From contig CP147780.1 in assembly GCA_037310415.1 (NCBI GenBank), positions 832,001 to 896,000 on the forward strand: 64,000 nucleotides of DNA, read 5' to 3'. The position numbers were made by a program, and so were the translations under genes. Shown here in pieces: positions 38,072 to 47,000 of this stretch; positions within the stretch are counted from its first letter, which is position 1; each line of letters opens with the position of its first letter. The notes beneath the pieces are model-generated. The model did not search any database. It was not told the DNA's origin and saw only the letters and a program-made list of their open reading frames with translations. Source of the DNA: Candidatus Atabeyarchaeum deiterrae (GTDB lineage Archaea; Asgardarchaeota; Atabeyarchaeia; Atabeyarchaeales; Atabeyarchaeaceae).

Positions 38072-38719
38072 CTAATCTGTCCACACCACTTCCCCAAGAG
38101 TAGCTCTCAGGGATCCATCTCTTTCAGGTTGATACTTCTTCAGGTCTTCAAGTCTTCCAAGTTGTTTCATCCTATCGCATATCTGAACCCAGACACAGTC
38201 GTTCTTCCATCCTCCAACCTCGCATTTCCCATCGGAAACCATCTCGCACGGTCCGTTTAGAAGTTCCTTCGGGCATCTAGATATGGCGCATATACCTCCT
38301 GTATCAAACAAGGTACATGATCCACACATTCTACATCTCTCATAGAATCGACCGAGTCTCTCAACCATTCCCAAGAACTTGGTATCAAGTGCCGGAACAA
38401 CTGTCTTCCTGGTCAGATCAGCGATAGACTGCACTCCTACGCCACAAGTCATTGCCAATATGGCATCTGCTTCTTCGATCTGTTTCTGCACGGTCCTGAG
38501 ATCCCTTTTTGATATCCTTAAGTCGCAGGGGGACTCGACGGCGACTGTTGCCAGAATTTGCTTCTTGTCTTTGAGTCTTTCTACCATTTCCTTGATTTCT
38601 TCTTCGCCGCCAGTTTGACACAACGCCGAGCATGTGTTGCATCCCACTATCACAATCTTGTCATAACCTTCAAGCATCTTCACGATGTCTTCGAGCGATT
38701 TCTGCTCGGTAATTATCAA
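38072..38719 (-). CDS. metV: MetV paralogue
   Basis: MIITEQK start as in the 31637 copy; CNTCSALCQTGG and CRMCGSC..TGGICAISRCPK.LLNGPC. Confidence 0.88.
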   Translation of the reverse strand: MIITEQKSLEDIVKMLEGYDKIVIVGCNTCSALCQTGGEEEIKEMVERLKDKKQILATVAVESPCDLRISKRDLRTVQKQIEEADAILAMTCGVGVQSIADLTRKTVVPALDTKFLGMVERLGRFYERCRMCGSCTLFDTGGICAISRCPKELLNGPCEMVSDGKCEVGGWKNDCVWVQICDRMKQLGRLEDLKKYQPERDGSLRATLGEVVWTD

Positions 38720-38774
38720 ACTTAATCACCTCAACATCATTTCCTGATCTAAACCCTGATCTTGATCTTTTCCC

Positions 38775-39401
38775 TTACTTTGCAACCTCACTCATGCCAA
38801 TTTCAAGCCCTTTCATAAGTTGCGGAGTGTTATCTCCTCCTTCTTCCTCTAATAGCTCCTTAACTTCATTAACCTCTATAGGCAGCTTGCTTGTCCCTAG
38901 CGCAGCGCCCAGCATTACGATATTTGACATTGCAAAATCGCCGAACTCTCTCTTGGCTATCTCATTGGCTTTTACCCCTCTCACGTCCGGAGAAAAGGCC
39001 TTCATGATCTTGATAACTTCATCAAAAGGCGCTCCCTTCCAATTCTCAGACACTGCTTGAGGTGGGAGAATCTCATATTGGTTAACCAGTACGCATGTCT
39101 TCTCAGATGCAAACTTTGCGTTTCTAAGTGCCTCGTTAGTCTCCATGGCGATCAACATGTCTGCTCCAGCTTGTGGAACCAAGGGAGCGATTACGCTTGT
39201 TCTCTCATTTCGTTGTTCGCCAGCTTCATACATAACGTATCTTATGGAGTTGTCTACGGATCCTTCACGTTGCGAAGCCCCACGTGTCTCAGTTCCGACA
39301 ACGATCCACCCCTTCCTCTGTCCTATCTTCTTCAAGATATTCCCGGTTGTCATTATTCCTTGCCCGCCGACTCCTACTATTAGGATGCTGTATTTCCTCA
39401 A
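38775..39401 (-). CDS. iorB: Indolepyruvate:ferredoxin oxidoreductase beta subunit
   Basis: Motifs GVGGQG, ETRGASQREGSV and NIVMLGA. Confidence 0.88.
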   Translation of the reverse strand: MRKYSILIVGVGGQGIMTTGNILKKIGQRKGWIVVGTETRGASQREGSVDNSIRYVMYEAGEQRNERTSVIAPLVPQAGADMLIAMETNEALRNAKFASEKTCVLVNQYEILPPQAVSENWKGAPFDEVIKIMKAFSPDVRGVKANEIAKREFGDFAMSNIVMLGAALGTSKLPIEVNEVKELLEEEGGDNTPQLMKGLEIGMSEVAK

Positions 39402-39424
39402 TCATGGTTCCTCCCGATGAATCG

Positions 39425-41374
39425 TCACTCAATGTGCGGGTTGACTGTTGTCTTTGTTATTGCCATTCCACTCCTACAGATCTCCTTGCAAGCGCCACAA
39501 AGGGTGCACCTTGCGTCTTCTATATATGCGAATTCCTTCCCATTTTCCTCTTTTCTTATTAGGGCTGGGCAAGCGAAGCGCCTATAACACTCCTCGCAGT
39601 TCTGGCAACGATCGGATTCTATAGCGTAGTATGAGTATTTCCCTTTCTCCCGTTCAGCTTCTATAATAGGTTCCATTCTTCTTTTTGCAGGCAACGCGCA
39701 CTCACGTTGCGAGATGAGCACCCTCACACCCTTTTCTTCCAATCCTTCGGTGATTACTTGAATTGCATGACGGATACTGTATGGATCAAACACCTTCACA
39801 TACTTCACTCCACAAGCCTTAACTATATCTCTCAAGTTCACCGCGGGCTCAGCTTCCTCACGTAAGCTGTCAACACCAGTAGCAGGAGTAGGCTGCCCAC
39901 CAGTCATTCCAACCCACTTGTTATCCATTATAACAACAAGAACGTTTGCATTGTTATACACGGCACTTATCAACCCGGGAATTCCTGCATGTAGGAAGGT
40001 GCTGTCGCCGATCAAACCGACCATAGTGTCTTTGACTTTGAAACTCATCCCCGCAGCTATGTTGAAGCCCGCACCCATGGCTACAACCCAGTCCTGCATA
40101 GAGTATGGAGGAAGAGCGAGGGTAGCGTAACAGCCAATGTCTCCTCCAAAGATCACCTGACCTTTGCCTTTGCTTTCTATATAATGCTGTGCCGCTTTCT
40201 TCAACGCATATGCTGTAGCTCTGTGTGGACATCCTGGGCACAGGCTCGGATTCCTCTGTAAAGCTTTCGCCACGGCTTTGCTATACTTGGTCTGGATGCC
40301 TGCGTAGTCCACAGGTTCCTTCACACCAGTTGCCTTGCTAATGCCTCTTATCACAAGGTCGGTGTTTAGCTCGCCAACTGCAGGGAACAAATCTTTGCCG
40401 CGTACTTCTCTGAGCATCTTCTTGTCGAATAGTATTCTCTTCACTTCTGCTTCCATGAAGCCTTCTAACTCTTCAACCACAATTATCTTCTCAAGACCTT
40501 GGGCAAACTTCTCTATCAATTCAGGGTTGATGGGATAAGCGATGCCAAGCTTAAGGATGGGAAAATCATGAATTCCCAGCGAGTCCAGTGCCTCCATTGT
40601 GTAATTGAACGAACTGCCGGCTGTTATGACGCCCGTCTTCGCCTGACCTGATATAACCCTATTGAGCTCAGGCATATCGCCAGCAGCTTTCTCGGCTCTT
40701 TGAATTCGGCTTAGCAATCTTCCTTTGTTGCCCACAGCCACAAGGGTGGCGGATACATACTTACCAGGTGCCTTCTTGAATTGACCTTCTGCCTTAGCAG
40801 GATTAAGTTTTCCTAGAGCTACCTCCCCAATTCCATGGAGTGTTCTTGGAACCGCATATAACATTACAGGCAAGTCAAACTTCTCTGAGAGCTCGAAAGC
40901 CTTCAAAGTGAAGTCCTTGCACTCTTGTGAGTTTGACGGTTCAAGACAAATAGTGTGAGCATGCAATGCATAGTACCTATTGTCTTGTTCATTGGTCGAA
41001 CTTATGCAGCCTGGATCTCCTCCATTGACCAGCACGAGGCTACCAGGTTGAACTCCTATGTAGCACAATGTGAAGAATGGATCTGCTGCGACGTTCATGC
41101 CAACATGCTTCATCGCACACAGCGATCTCACGCCAGACCAGGCGCCACCAACTGCATTCTCGAGTGCTACGGCCTCGTTTACGGAGTATTGAAAATGCAG
41201 CCCCGGTACGTCTTTCGCGACTTCACATATAGTGTCTCCAACTTCCGAGGCGGGCGTGCCAGGATAAGTTGTGACCATACTGACGCCCGCTTCTAAAGCT
41301 CCACGGGCTATGGCCTCGGCGCCAAGCATTAACAGTTTTTCGCCTGTTTTGTCCGAGAGTATCTCTTTGGTAAT
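39425..41374 (-). CDS. iorA: Indolepyruvate:ferredoxin oxidoreductase alpha subunit (probable ATT start)
   Basis: Motifs EAIARGA, YPGTPASE, MKHVG.NVAAD, NEQDNR, LCPGCPHR, GDIGCY and GDSTF.H; C-terminal ferredoxin domain. Confidence 0.92.
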   Translation of the reverse strand: MTKEILSDKTGEKLLMLGAEAIARGALEAGVSMVTTYPGTPASEVGDTICEVAKDVPGLHFQYSVNEAVALENAVGGAWSGVRSLCAMKHVGMNVAADPFFTLCYIGVQPGSLVLVNGGDPGCISSTNEQDNRYYALHAHTICLEPSNSQECKDFTLKAFELSEKFDLPVMLYAVPRTLHGIGEVALGKLNPAKAEGQFKKAPGKYVSATLVAVGNKGRLLSRIQRAEKAAGDMPELNRVISGQAKTGVITAGSSFNYTMEALDSLGIHDFPILKLGIAYPINPELIEKFAQGLEKIIVVEELEGFMEAEVKRILFDKKMLREVRGKDLFPAVGELNTDLVIRGISKATGVKEPVDYAGIQTKYSKAVAKALQRNPSLCPGCPHRATAYALKKAAQHYIESKGKGQVIFGGDIGCYATLALPPYSMQDWVVAMGAGFNIAAGMSFKVKDTMVGLIGDSTFLHAGIPGLISAVYNNANVLVVIMDNKWVGMTGGQPTPATGVDSLREEAEPAVNLRDIVKACGVKYVKVFDPYSIRHAIQVITEGLEEKGVRVLISQRECALPAKRRMEPIIEAEREKGKYSYYAIESDRCQNCEECYRRFACPALIRKEENGKEFAYIEDARCTLCGACKEICRSGMAITKTTVNPHIE

Positions 41375-41774
41375 TGGCGATCGCCTCCAACTAGCCACTA
41401 AAGTGGAATATCGACTCATATCGTACCGAGTAAATAAAATGACCCGAATCAACAAGGGTGACCAGTTCTGTCTGTTTTTTAGATGAATGAAAAGCATCTT
41501 ATAATGTTATCTAATGTCCAGTTTGCACAGAGAGATAAGCACATCCGACATATTTATTTGGTGAAGCAAAAACTCCTATCTATTCTAGGTCATCAGGGTG
41601 TTATGTCATGAAAGAGACGGATGGCACTTTGGGATCTGGGGACAATCAATCGGTTCCTTGCTCGATCCACGAACATGTAACTTTGGTTGTGTCGGAGGGC
41701 GACTAAGAATGGTGCATTCTCTAAGCAGTGACTCCCACACTTCACGGAGTGAATTGTGCGCAGGCGGGTTTAGC

Positions 41775-43178
41775 CTGATTGAGAAGTTCTTTTCACCAAG
41801 AAGCATAGCCGTTGTCGGTGCGTCAAACAACCCAAACAGGTTTGGCTACAACGTGATGACGAATCTCATCGAAGCAGGCTTTGACGGGGATGTTTTTCCC
41901 GTGAGTCTGAAAGAAAGCATAGTATTTGACAGGGTAGCATACAAGAGCATACTAGACGTACCTGGAGCTGTAGATCTGGCTATCATGATCATACCAGCAA
42001 CCACAGTTCCCAGCGCTGTTGAGGAGTGCGGCAAAAAGGGAATCAAGGCAATTAGCATACTTTCTGGCGGTTTCAGTGAGGTCGGAAGAGAGGGAACTGA
42101 ACTCGAAGAGGAAGTCACGAATACTGCTAAACGATGCGGAATAAGAGTAGTCGGTCCCAACTGCGTCGGAACAATGAACACCCGCAAGAATCTAAACGCC
42201 TCCTTTGTAATGCGATCCATCAAAGGAAACATGGGACTCATCACTCAAAGTGGTGCACTTGGTGCATCATGTGCATATGTATCTAAGAGAGAAATGCTCG
42301 GCTTCAGCAAATTTGTCAACTTAGGCAATGCTTCTGACGTATCCGTCCCCGAAATCATACGATACTATACGCAGGATCCTGAAACCCGCGTGATCGGAAT
42401 ATACTTGGAAGGAGTAAAAGACGGTCGAAAATTCTTGGACGCTATCGGCGAAGCCACACCCATAAAGCCAATAGTGATTGTTAAAGCGGGCCGAACCGAA
42501 CAAGGTGCAAGAGCAGCATCGTCGCACACGGGATCACTTGCAGGATCAGACAAGATCTACAAAGCAATATTCAAGCAAAAAGGAGTAACGAGAGTCGGCT
42601 CATTATTCGAGTTAATCGACGTGGCCAAAGCTTTTACCAAACAACCCCTACCAAAAGGAAAACGCGTAGGAATAATAACCAACGCAGGCGGCGCGGGGGT
42701 ACTCGCTACAGATGCGTCCTCAGATTACGGCTTAACCATCTCATCATTAACACAGGAAACTGTAAAGTCCCTTAGAGCATTCCTGCCAGACGTTGCCATC
42801 CTCAACAATCCGGTCGACATCATTGCAAGCGCCAACAAAGATTGCTACCGCAAAACTACGGAAACTGTGGCTTCTGACGTGAATACTGATGCGTTGATTG
42901 TCAACTGTGTTGTTCCAACTTTCTTGGGCATGAAGCCTAGTGAGCATGCTGAAGGTGTTGTGGAAGCTTATAATAATTCAGTCAAAAGGCAGGGCAAGCT
43001 CCTCGTTTGTTGCTGGATGGCAGGGGAGCTAGCTGACCCCGGAAGAGAGATCCTTGAAAACGTAGGTATACCGGCGTACTCCTCTCCAGAAAGAGCAGCC
43101 CTAGCGGTCTCATGCTTGGCGAATTACAATGAATTCGCAACTAGGATCAAGAAACAGAGGAAAGAAAGAGATGGTTAG
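41775..43178 (+). CDS. acdA: ADP-forming acyl/acetyl-CoA synthetase alpha subunit (probable CTG start)
   Basis: Motifs FSPRSIAVVGAS, GPNCVG, TQSGA, ASSHTGSLAG (phospho-His), TNAGG.G and NPVD. Confidence 0.88.
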   Translation: MIEKFFSPRSIAVVGASNNPNRFGYNVMTNLIEAGFDGDVFPVSLKESIVFDRVAYKSILDVPGAVDLAIMIIPATTVPSAVEECGKKGIKAISILSGGFSEVGREGTELEEEVTNTAKRCGIRVVGPNCVGTMNTRKNLNASFVMRSIKGNMGLITQSGALGASCAYVSKREMLGFSKFVNLGNASDVSVPEIIRYYTQDPETRVIGIYLEGVKDGRKFLDAIGEATPIKPIVIVKAGRTEQGARAASSHTGSLAGSDKIYKAIFKQKGVTRVGSLFELIDVAKAFTKQPLPKGKRVGIITNAGGAGVLATDASSDYGLTISSLTQETVKSLRAFLPDVAILNNPVDIIASANKDCYRKTTETVASDVNTDALIVNCVVPTFLGMKPSEHAEGVVEAYNNSVKRQGKLLVCCWMAGELADPGREILENVGIPAYSSPERAALAVSCLANYNEFATRIKKQRKERDG

Positions 43179-44208
43179 AGATCATTTGCCAGTCTTCAGA
43201 GAAGGAGATTTTCTCGAAACCCGCGACAACTTGATTTTCGACGTAAAAGGACTTCTTCACCCGCATGATAGAGTAATCGCTTTTCTCAGGTACTACCCCT
43301 CCGAAGACGGCGAAAGGATAAGAGAAGGGGTAAGATATCGAAAGGTATACTCTCTAGATGAAAGATTCAGTGTTCTCAAAGACAAGTTTCCTTCATACGT
43401 TTACTTCGACAAGGTCTATGACTCAATAATGCAAGGCGTACCAGTGAACGATGTAGCACGCCTGTACCAACCAACTGAGAAACTGACAGAGATGTCAAGC
43501 AACCGCGCAACTCTAGACAAATTCGAAAGAGACTCATTGGAGTTCTGTGAAATCCTTTCTGGCTGTGCTTCTGTCAACATCAATAGACTGGGTTTGAGCG
43601 GCTCAATTCTAGTAGGTCTACACAACTTAAAATCAGACATTGACATAATTGTCTACGGTTCTGAGAGCTGTCTCGCAGTATATGGAGCGTTGAATAATCT
43701 TTACAGTAATGCAGACTCCTCAATAAGACCTTACAACGACGCAGAACTGAAAAAATTGTTCAGCTTCAGGTCAGCTGATACTGTTACTAGGTGGGAATCC
43801 TTCCTAAGAACTGAGAGAAGAAAGCGGCTTCAAGGAAAATTCAAAAACTACGAGTACTTCCTGCGGTTCATCAAAGACTGGAAGGAATTGAAGCTGAACT
43901 ATGGAGATCTAACCTACAGATCTCTCGGAAAGGTAACCATCAAAGCCGAAGTCGCCGACGATAGTGAAGCGCTCTTCACCCCATGTATCTACAAGATCAA
44001 GAATGCTGAAATAGTCGAGGAACAAGAAGCGAGAGAACTCATCATAGACGAAATTGCCTCTTTTCGAGGAAGATTTTGTGAAGTTGCTCGGAATGAAGAG
44101 CCCATAAGTGCTAGAGGAAAACTGGAACTTGTTATCGACAAGTCTGGCAACACTCATCATCGCGTTATCGTTGGCGGAGAGAAAGATGATTTTCTGACGC
44201 TATCATAG
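43171..44208 (+). CDS. Uncharacterised Pol-beta-superfamily nucleotidyltransferase (COG1665-like)
   Basis: GLSGSILVGLH...SDIDIIVYG (GS..DxD). Overlaps the acdA stop. Confidence 0.78.
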   Translation: MVRDHLPVFREGDFLETRDNLIFDVKGLLHPHDRVIAFLRYYPSEDGERIREGVRYRKVYSLDERFSVLKDKFPSYVYFDKVYDSIMQGVPVNDVARLYQPTEKLTEMSSNRATLDKFERDSLEFCEILSGCASVNINRLGLSGSILVGLHNLKSDIDIIVYGSESCLAVYGALNNLYSNADSSIRPYNDAELKKLFSFRSADTVTRWESFLRTERRKRLQGKFKNYEYFLRFIKDWKELKLNYGDLTYRSLGKVTIKAEVADDSEALFTPCIYKIKNAEIVEEQEARELIIDEIASFRGRFCEVARNEEPISARGKLELVIDKSGNTHHRVIVGGEKDDFLTLS

Positions 44209-44252
44209 TCAGGGTGAGAGACCTGACAATTCGAAAAGGAATGTGAAACCCA

Positions 44253-45329
44253 TTGAGAAAACCCAAAGATCGCGATTTCATAAGGACGACAGAAGACCTC
44301 TTATTTTGTGTTGTCGGTTGCCTCCATCCGCATGACAGATTGTTATCTTACCTCAAGTATATCCCAAGTGACAGCGGGATTTGGGCTTCAGGAGATCTGC
44401 ATTTTAAGAGAATGATACCATACTATTCTGCCAAGTCCGTTATCGACACTCACTCGTTTCTCAAGGAAGAATACCCCAAGTACCTGTTCTACAGCCGGGT
44501 GAACGACATAACTTTTCCAGCGGTTCCTCGCTCTGAGATCAAGGAATACTATGAGCCAGAAGTCAGGTTGAAAGAGTTAGTGGGAAGAAAAGGTGAACTT
44601 GATGAACTTCAGCGTAAGGCAGTGGAATTGGCTGAGTATCTCTCTAGTAGAAGTGGGGTTCCTCTTGATAGATTTGGGGTCACTGGCTCCATCCTGCTGG
44701 GGATTCACAATGTGTCAATCTCTGACGTTGACCTCACGATCTATGGACACGAGAATGCATTGCTTGTGAAACAGGCTCTAATTAGAGAATTCGAGAACAC
44801 TGAAAACCCATCAAGGTTAAGGCAACTCAACGAAAGTGAAGCAGAGGACTGGTGCACAAGGAAAACCAGACAATTCTCAATCGATTATGGATTTGCGGCG
44901 GCGATTTTGAGGAAGAAGTGGAATTTCGGATTCTATGAGGAAAAGTTCTTCTCTATTCATCCAATCAAACTTGACTCTGAGATAACTGAAATATACGGTG
45001 AAAAAGAATTTACGAGCAAAGGCACAGTGGAGATTATTGCAGACGTTGCTGATAGCACGGAGGCGCTATTCAACCCTGCGTCCTATAAAGTGAATGAAGT
45101 TCGGATACTAGAAGGGTTGAAGGTTAACGACATAGAAGAAGTAGTTTCCTTCGAAGGCTTCTTTTCTGACCTTGCTTCAAACAATGAATCGATCAGGGTG
45201 AAAGGGAATCTTGAAACTGTCACAGGCGTCAGAAGTGGGAAGAAGTACCACAGAGTAGTTGTCGGTTCGAAGAACGTCTCTTCCCCTGAGTATATAATCC
45301 CCATATCCCAACTAAAAGAAGAGATATAG
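44253..45329 (+). CDS. Second nucleotidyltransferase paralogue (COG1665-like)
   Basis: GVTGSILLGIH...SDVDLTIYG; collinear with the upstream paralogue. Confidence 0.78.
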   Translation: MRKPKDRDFIRTTEDLLFCVVGCLHPHDRLLSYLKYIPSDSGIWASGDLHFKRMIPYYSAKSVIDTHSFLKEEYPKYLFYSRVNDITFPAVPRSEIKEYYEPEVRLKELVGRKGELDELQRKAVELAEYLSSRSGVPLDRFGVTGSILLGIHNVSISDVDLTIYGHENALLVKQALIREFENTENPSRLRQLNESEAEDWCTRKTRQFSIDYGFAAAILRKKWNFGFYEEKFFSIHPIKLDSEITEIYGEKEFTSKGTVEIIADVADSTEALFNPASYKVNEVRILEGLKVNDIEEVVSFEGFFSDLASNNESIRVKGNLETVTGVRSGKKYHRVVVGSKNVSSPEYIIPISQLKEEI

Positions 45330-45338
45330 AATACATAA

Positions 45339-45378
45339 ATCACAGGATAAACTGGTTAATCCAGTCTATCTTGCTCAT
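45339..45378 (-). promoter_or_regulatory. Candidate eukaryote-like SECIS element 2
   Basis: mRNA reads AUGAG-CAAGAUAGACUGG-AUUAA-CCAGUUUAUCCUG-UGAU: RUGAN/NGAN core and a 13-position helix with one mismatch. Confidence 0.55.
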
Positions 45379-45412
45379 CCGCAAAGGGGTTCAAATGACC
45401 TTTGCAAAGGTT

Positions 45413-45458
45413 GTCCCCACCGGCCACCTTTTTTGAGGCTTTGCGCCGGCTGGTTCAT
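45413..45458 (-). promoter_or_regulatory. Candidate eukaryote-like SECIS element 1 (form 2), overlapping the vhuU stop codon
   Basis: mRNA reads AUGAA-CCAGCCGGC-GCAAA-GCCU-CAAAAA-AGGU-G-GCCGGUGG-GGAC: core quartet, GC-rich helix, AAA bulge and ministem. Confidence 0.7.
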
Positions 45459-45604
45459 CCGCTTCCAATCTGAACCTCTTTCTTGAGTATCTCCTTGTTG
45501 TTTTCGTCTAAGACAAGGAGATGTGCTGCACACGAAAGTCAACAGTCGTAGCAGCGGACGACCATCTCCAACAGGTTAAGCACTTTCTCATCTACATCGG
45601 GCAT
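45455..45604 (-). CDS. vhuU: Selenocysteine-containing C-terminal peptide of a split [NiFeSe] hydrogenase large subunit
   Basis: Hand translation [49 protein letters not shown]. TGA at 45539-45541 occupies the first ligand position of the UxxC motif. GAGGT RBS; the upstream MvhA lacks this motif. Confidence 0.92.
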
Positions 45605-45632
45605 GTTTTTCTACCTCTTGTTTCTAGACAAA

Positions 45633-47000
45633 TTAGATTTTGATCATCGGCTTTGGTAACTTCAGCGTCTCATACACTTTGTCTTCAATTACCTGCTTGG
45701 CAATAATCTTCAGCGACTTCTCTATCGCCCCGACATTGTTATTAGTGGCAACTATGAGGTTTGCCTTGGTTATGATTCCTTCCTTGTTCGTCCAGTAGTT
45801 GTGGACTAGTAGTCCTCTTGGTGCTTCCACAACGCCAGCGCCGACCCCTTCCCGTGGCTCAACTGTTTCAAGTTTGTAGTCTTTGCTCACGATATCGGGA
45901 TCTTCAAGCAACTTCTTGGCTTTTCCTATGGCGTCGAGTAGCTCAATGACTCTCGCCCAGTGATAAGCAAATGTAGCATGGCACGGCCTTCCGACCTTGT
46001 CTCTGAACTGTTTCAGAGCTTCGTTTCCTCGGGGTGTTGCCATTCGGTCCGCTACATTTATTCTTGCCAATGGCCCGCCTCTCCACAATCCATTTGGGTA
46101 GCCAGCTGGTTTGTAGAATACATGTGTTGCGTAGCAGTGTGGAACAACCTGTTCCCCGACGACATCCATGTATTTCTGGGTCGGAGTGTCTGACTCGATC
46201 TTGCCTAATGGAGACACCACTCTGATGTTACCGTCATAGAAGTTGTGTTCCCCATTCTGGGTCAGTCCGACATAGTATGTCTCGAACACTCCAATTTTGG
46301 TTATGACATCCCAATAGTCTTCAACGATCTTCAACAAGAGTCCAGCAGTGAACTCACCAAGCTCCATGGCTCTATCCATTCTCTTGAGCCACTCATCTCT
46401 CTTCCCCTCAGTGAGTCCCTTGGTCATTCCTCCAGGAATTGCTGTGACTGGGTGAACAGACTTCCCTCCGATTTCCGCGCAAAGTTCTTGGCCGTGTTTC
46501 ATAAGTTCAATGGCCTTCTTGCCCGCGTCTGGCATTTTGTTGATTACAGTCACAACATTACGAACCTCTGGTGGCGCGAAGGGTCCCAAGAGAAAATCTG
46601 GGGCTGCAAGCACGTAGAGGTGGAGTGCGTGACTGCTAATCTGCTTTGCTAGCAAGAGCAGTTCTCTTAGCTTCTTCGCCGGTTCCGGCGGGTTAATATC
46701 CCAGGCGGCTTCAACCGCTTTCACAGATGCTAGGTGGTGTGGCTCAGGACAAATACCACAGATGCGAGGTGCTATTATACGCGCATCTTCAGCAAGCCTC
46801 CCTTCGAGGAACTTCTCGAAGAACCGAGCAGAAGTCACGTTGAATTGAACGTCAGAGACCTTACCTTTAGTAAGCTTGATTGTGATCGAACCATGCCCTT
46901 CCAGTCGAGTAACAGGATCGATCTTGATGATCTCGCTTTCTTTTTCGGCCTTCGTTGAGCTAACTTTCTCAGCTTTGATTGGGCTCGCTTTGCTTTTCAT
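45633..47000 (-). CDS. mvhA: Group 3c hydrogenase large subunit lacking its C-terminal motif
   Basis: Motifs DPVTRLEGHG, RICGIC and EAPRGLLVHNY; no DPCxxC at the C-terminus. Confidence 0.93.
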   Translation of the reverse strand: MKSKASPIKAEKVSSTKAEKESEIIKIDPVTRLEGHGSITIKLTKGKVSDVQFNVTSARFFEKFLEGRLAEDARIIAPRICGICPEPHHLASVKAVEAAWDINPPEPAKKLRELLLLAKQISSHALHLYVLAAPDFLLGPFAPPEVRNVVTVINKMPDAGKKAIELMKHGQELCAEIGGKSVHPVTAIPGGMTKGLTEGKRDEWLKRMDRAMELGEFTAGLLLKIVEDYWDVITKIGVFETYYVGLTQNGEHNFYDGNIRVVSPLGKIESDTPTQKYMDVVGEQVVPHCYATHVFYKPAGYPNGLWRGGPLARINVADRMATPRGNEALKQFRDKVGRPCHATFAYHWARVIELLDAIGKAKKLLEDPDIVSKDYKLETVEPREGVGAGVVEAPRGLLVHNYWTNKEGIITKANLIVATNNNVGAIEKSLKIIAKQVIEDKVYETLKLPKPMIKI

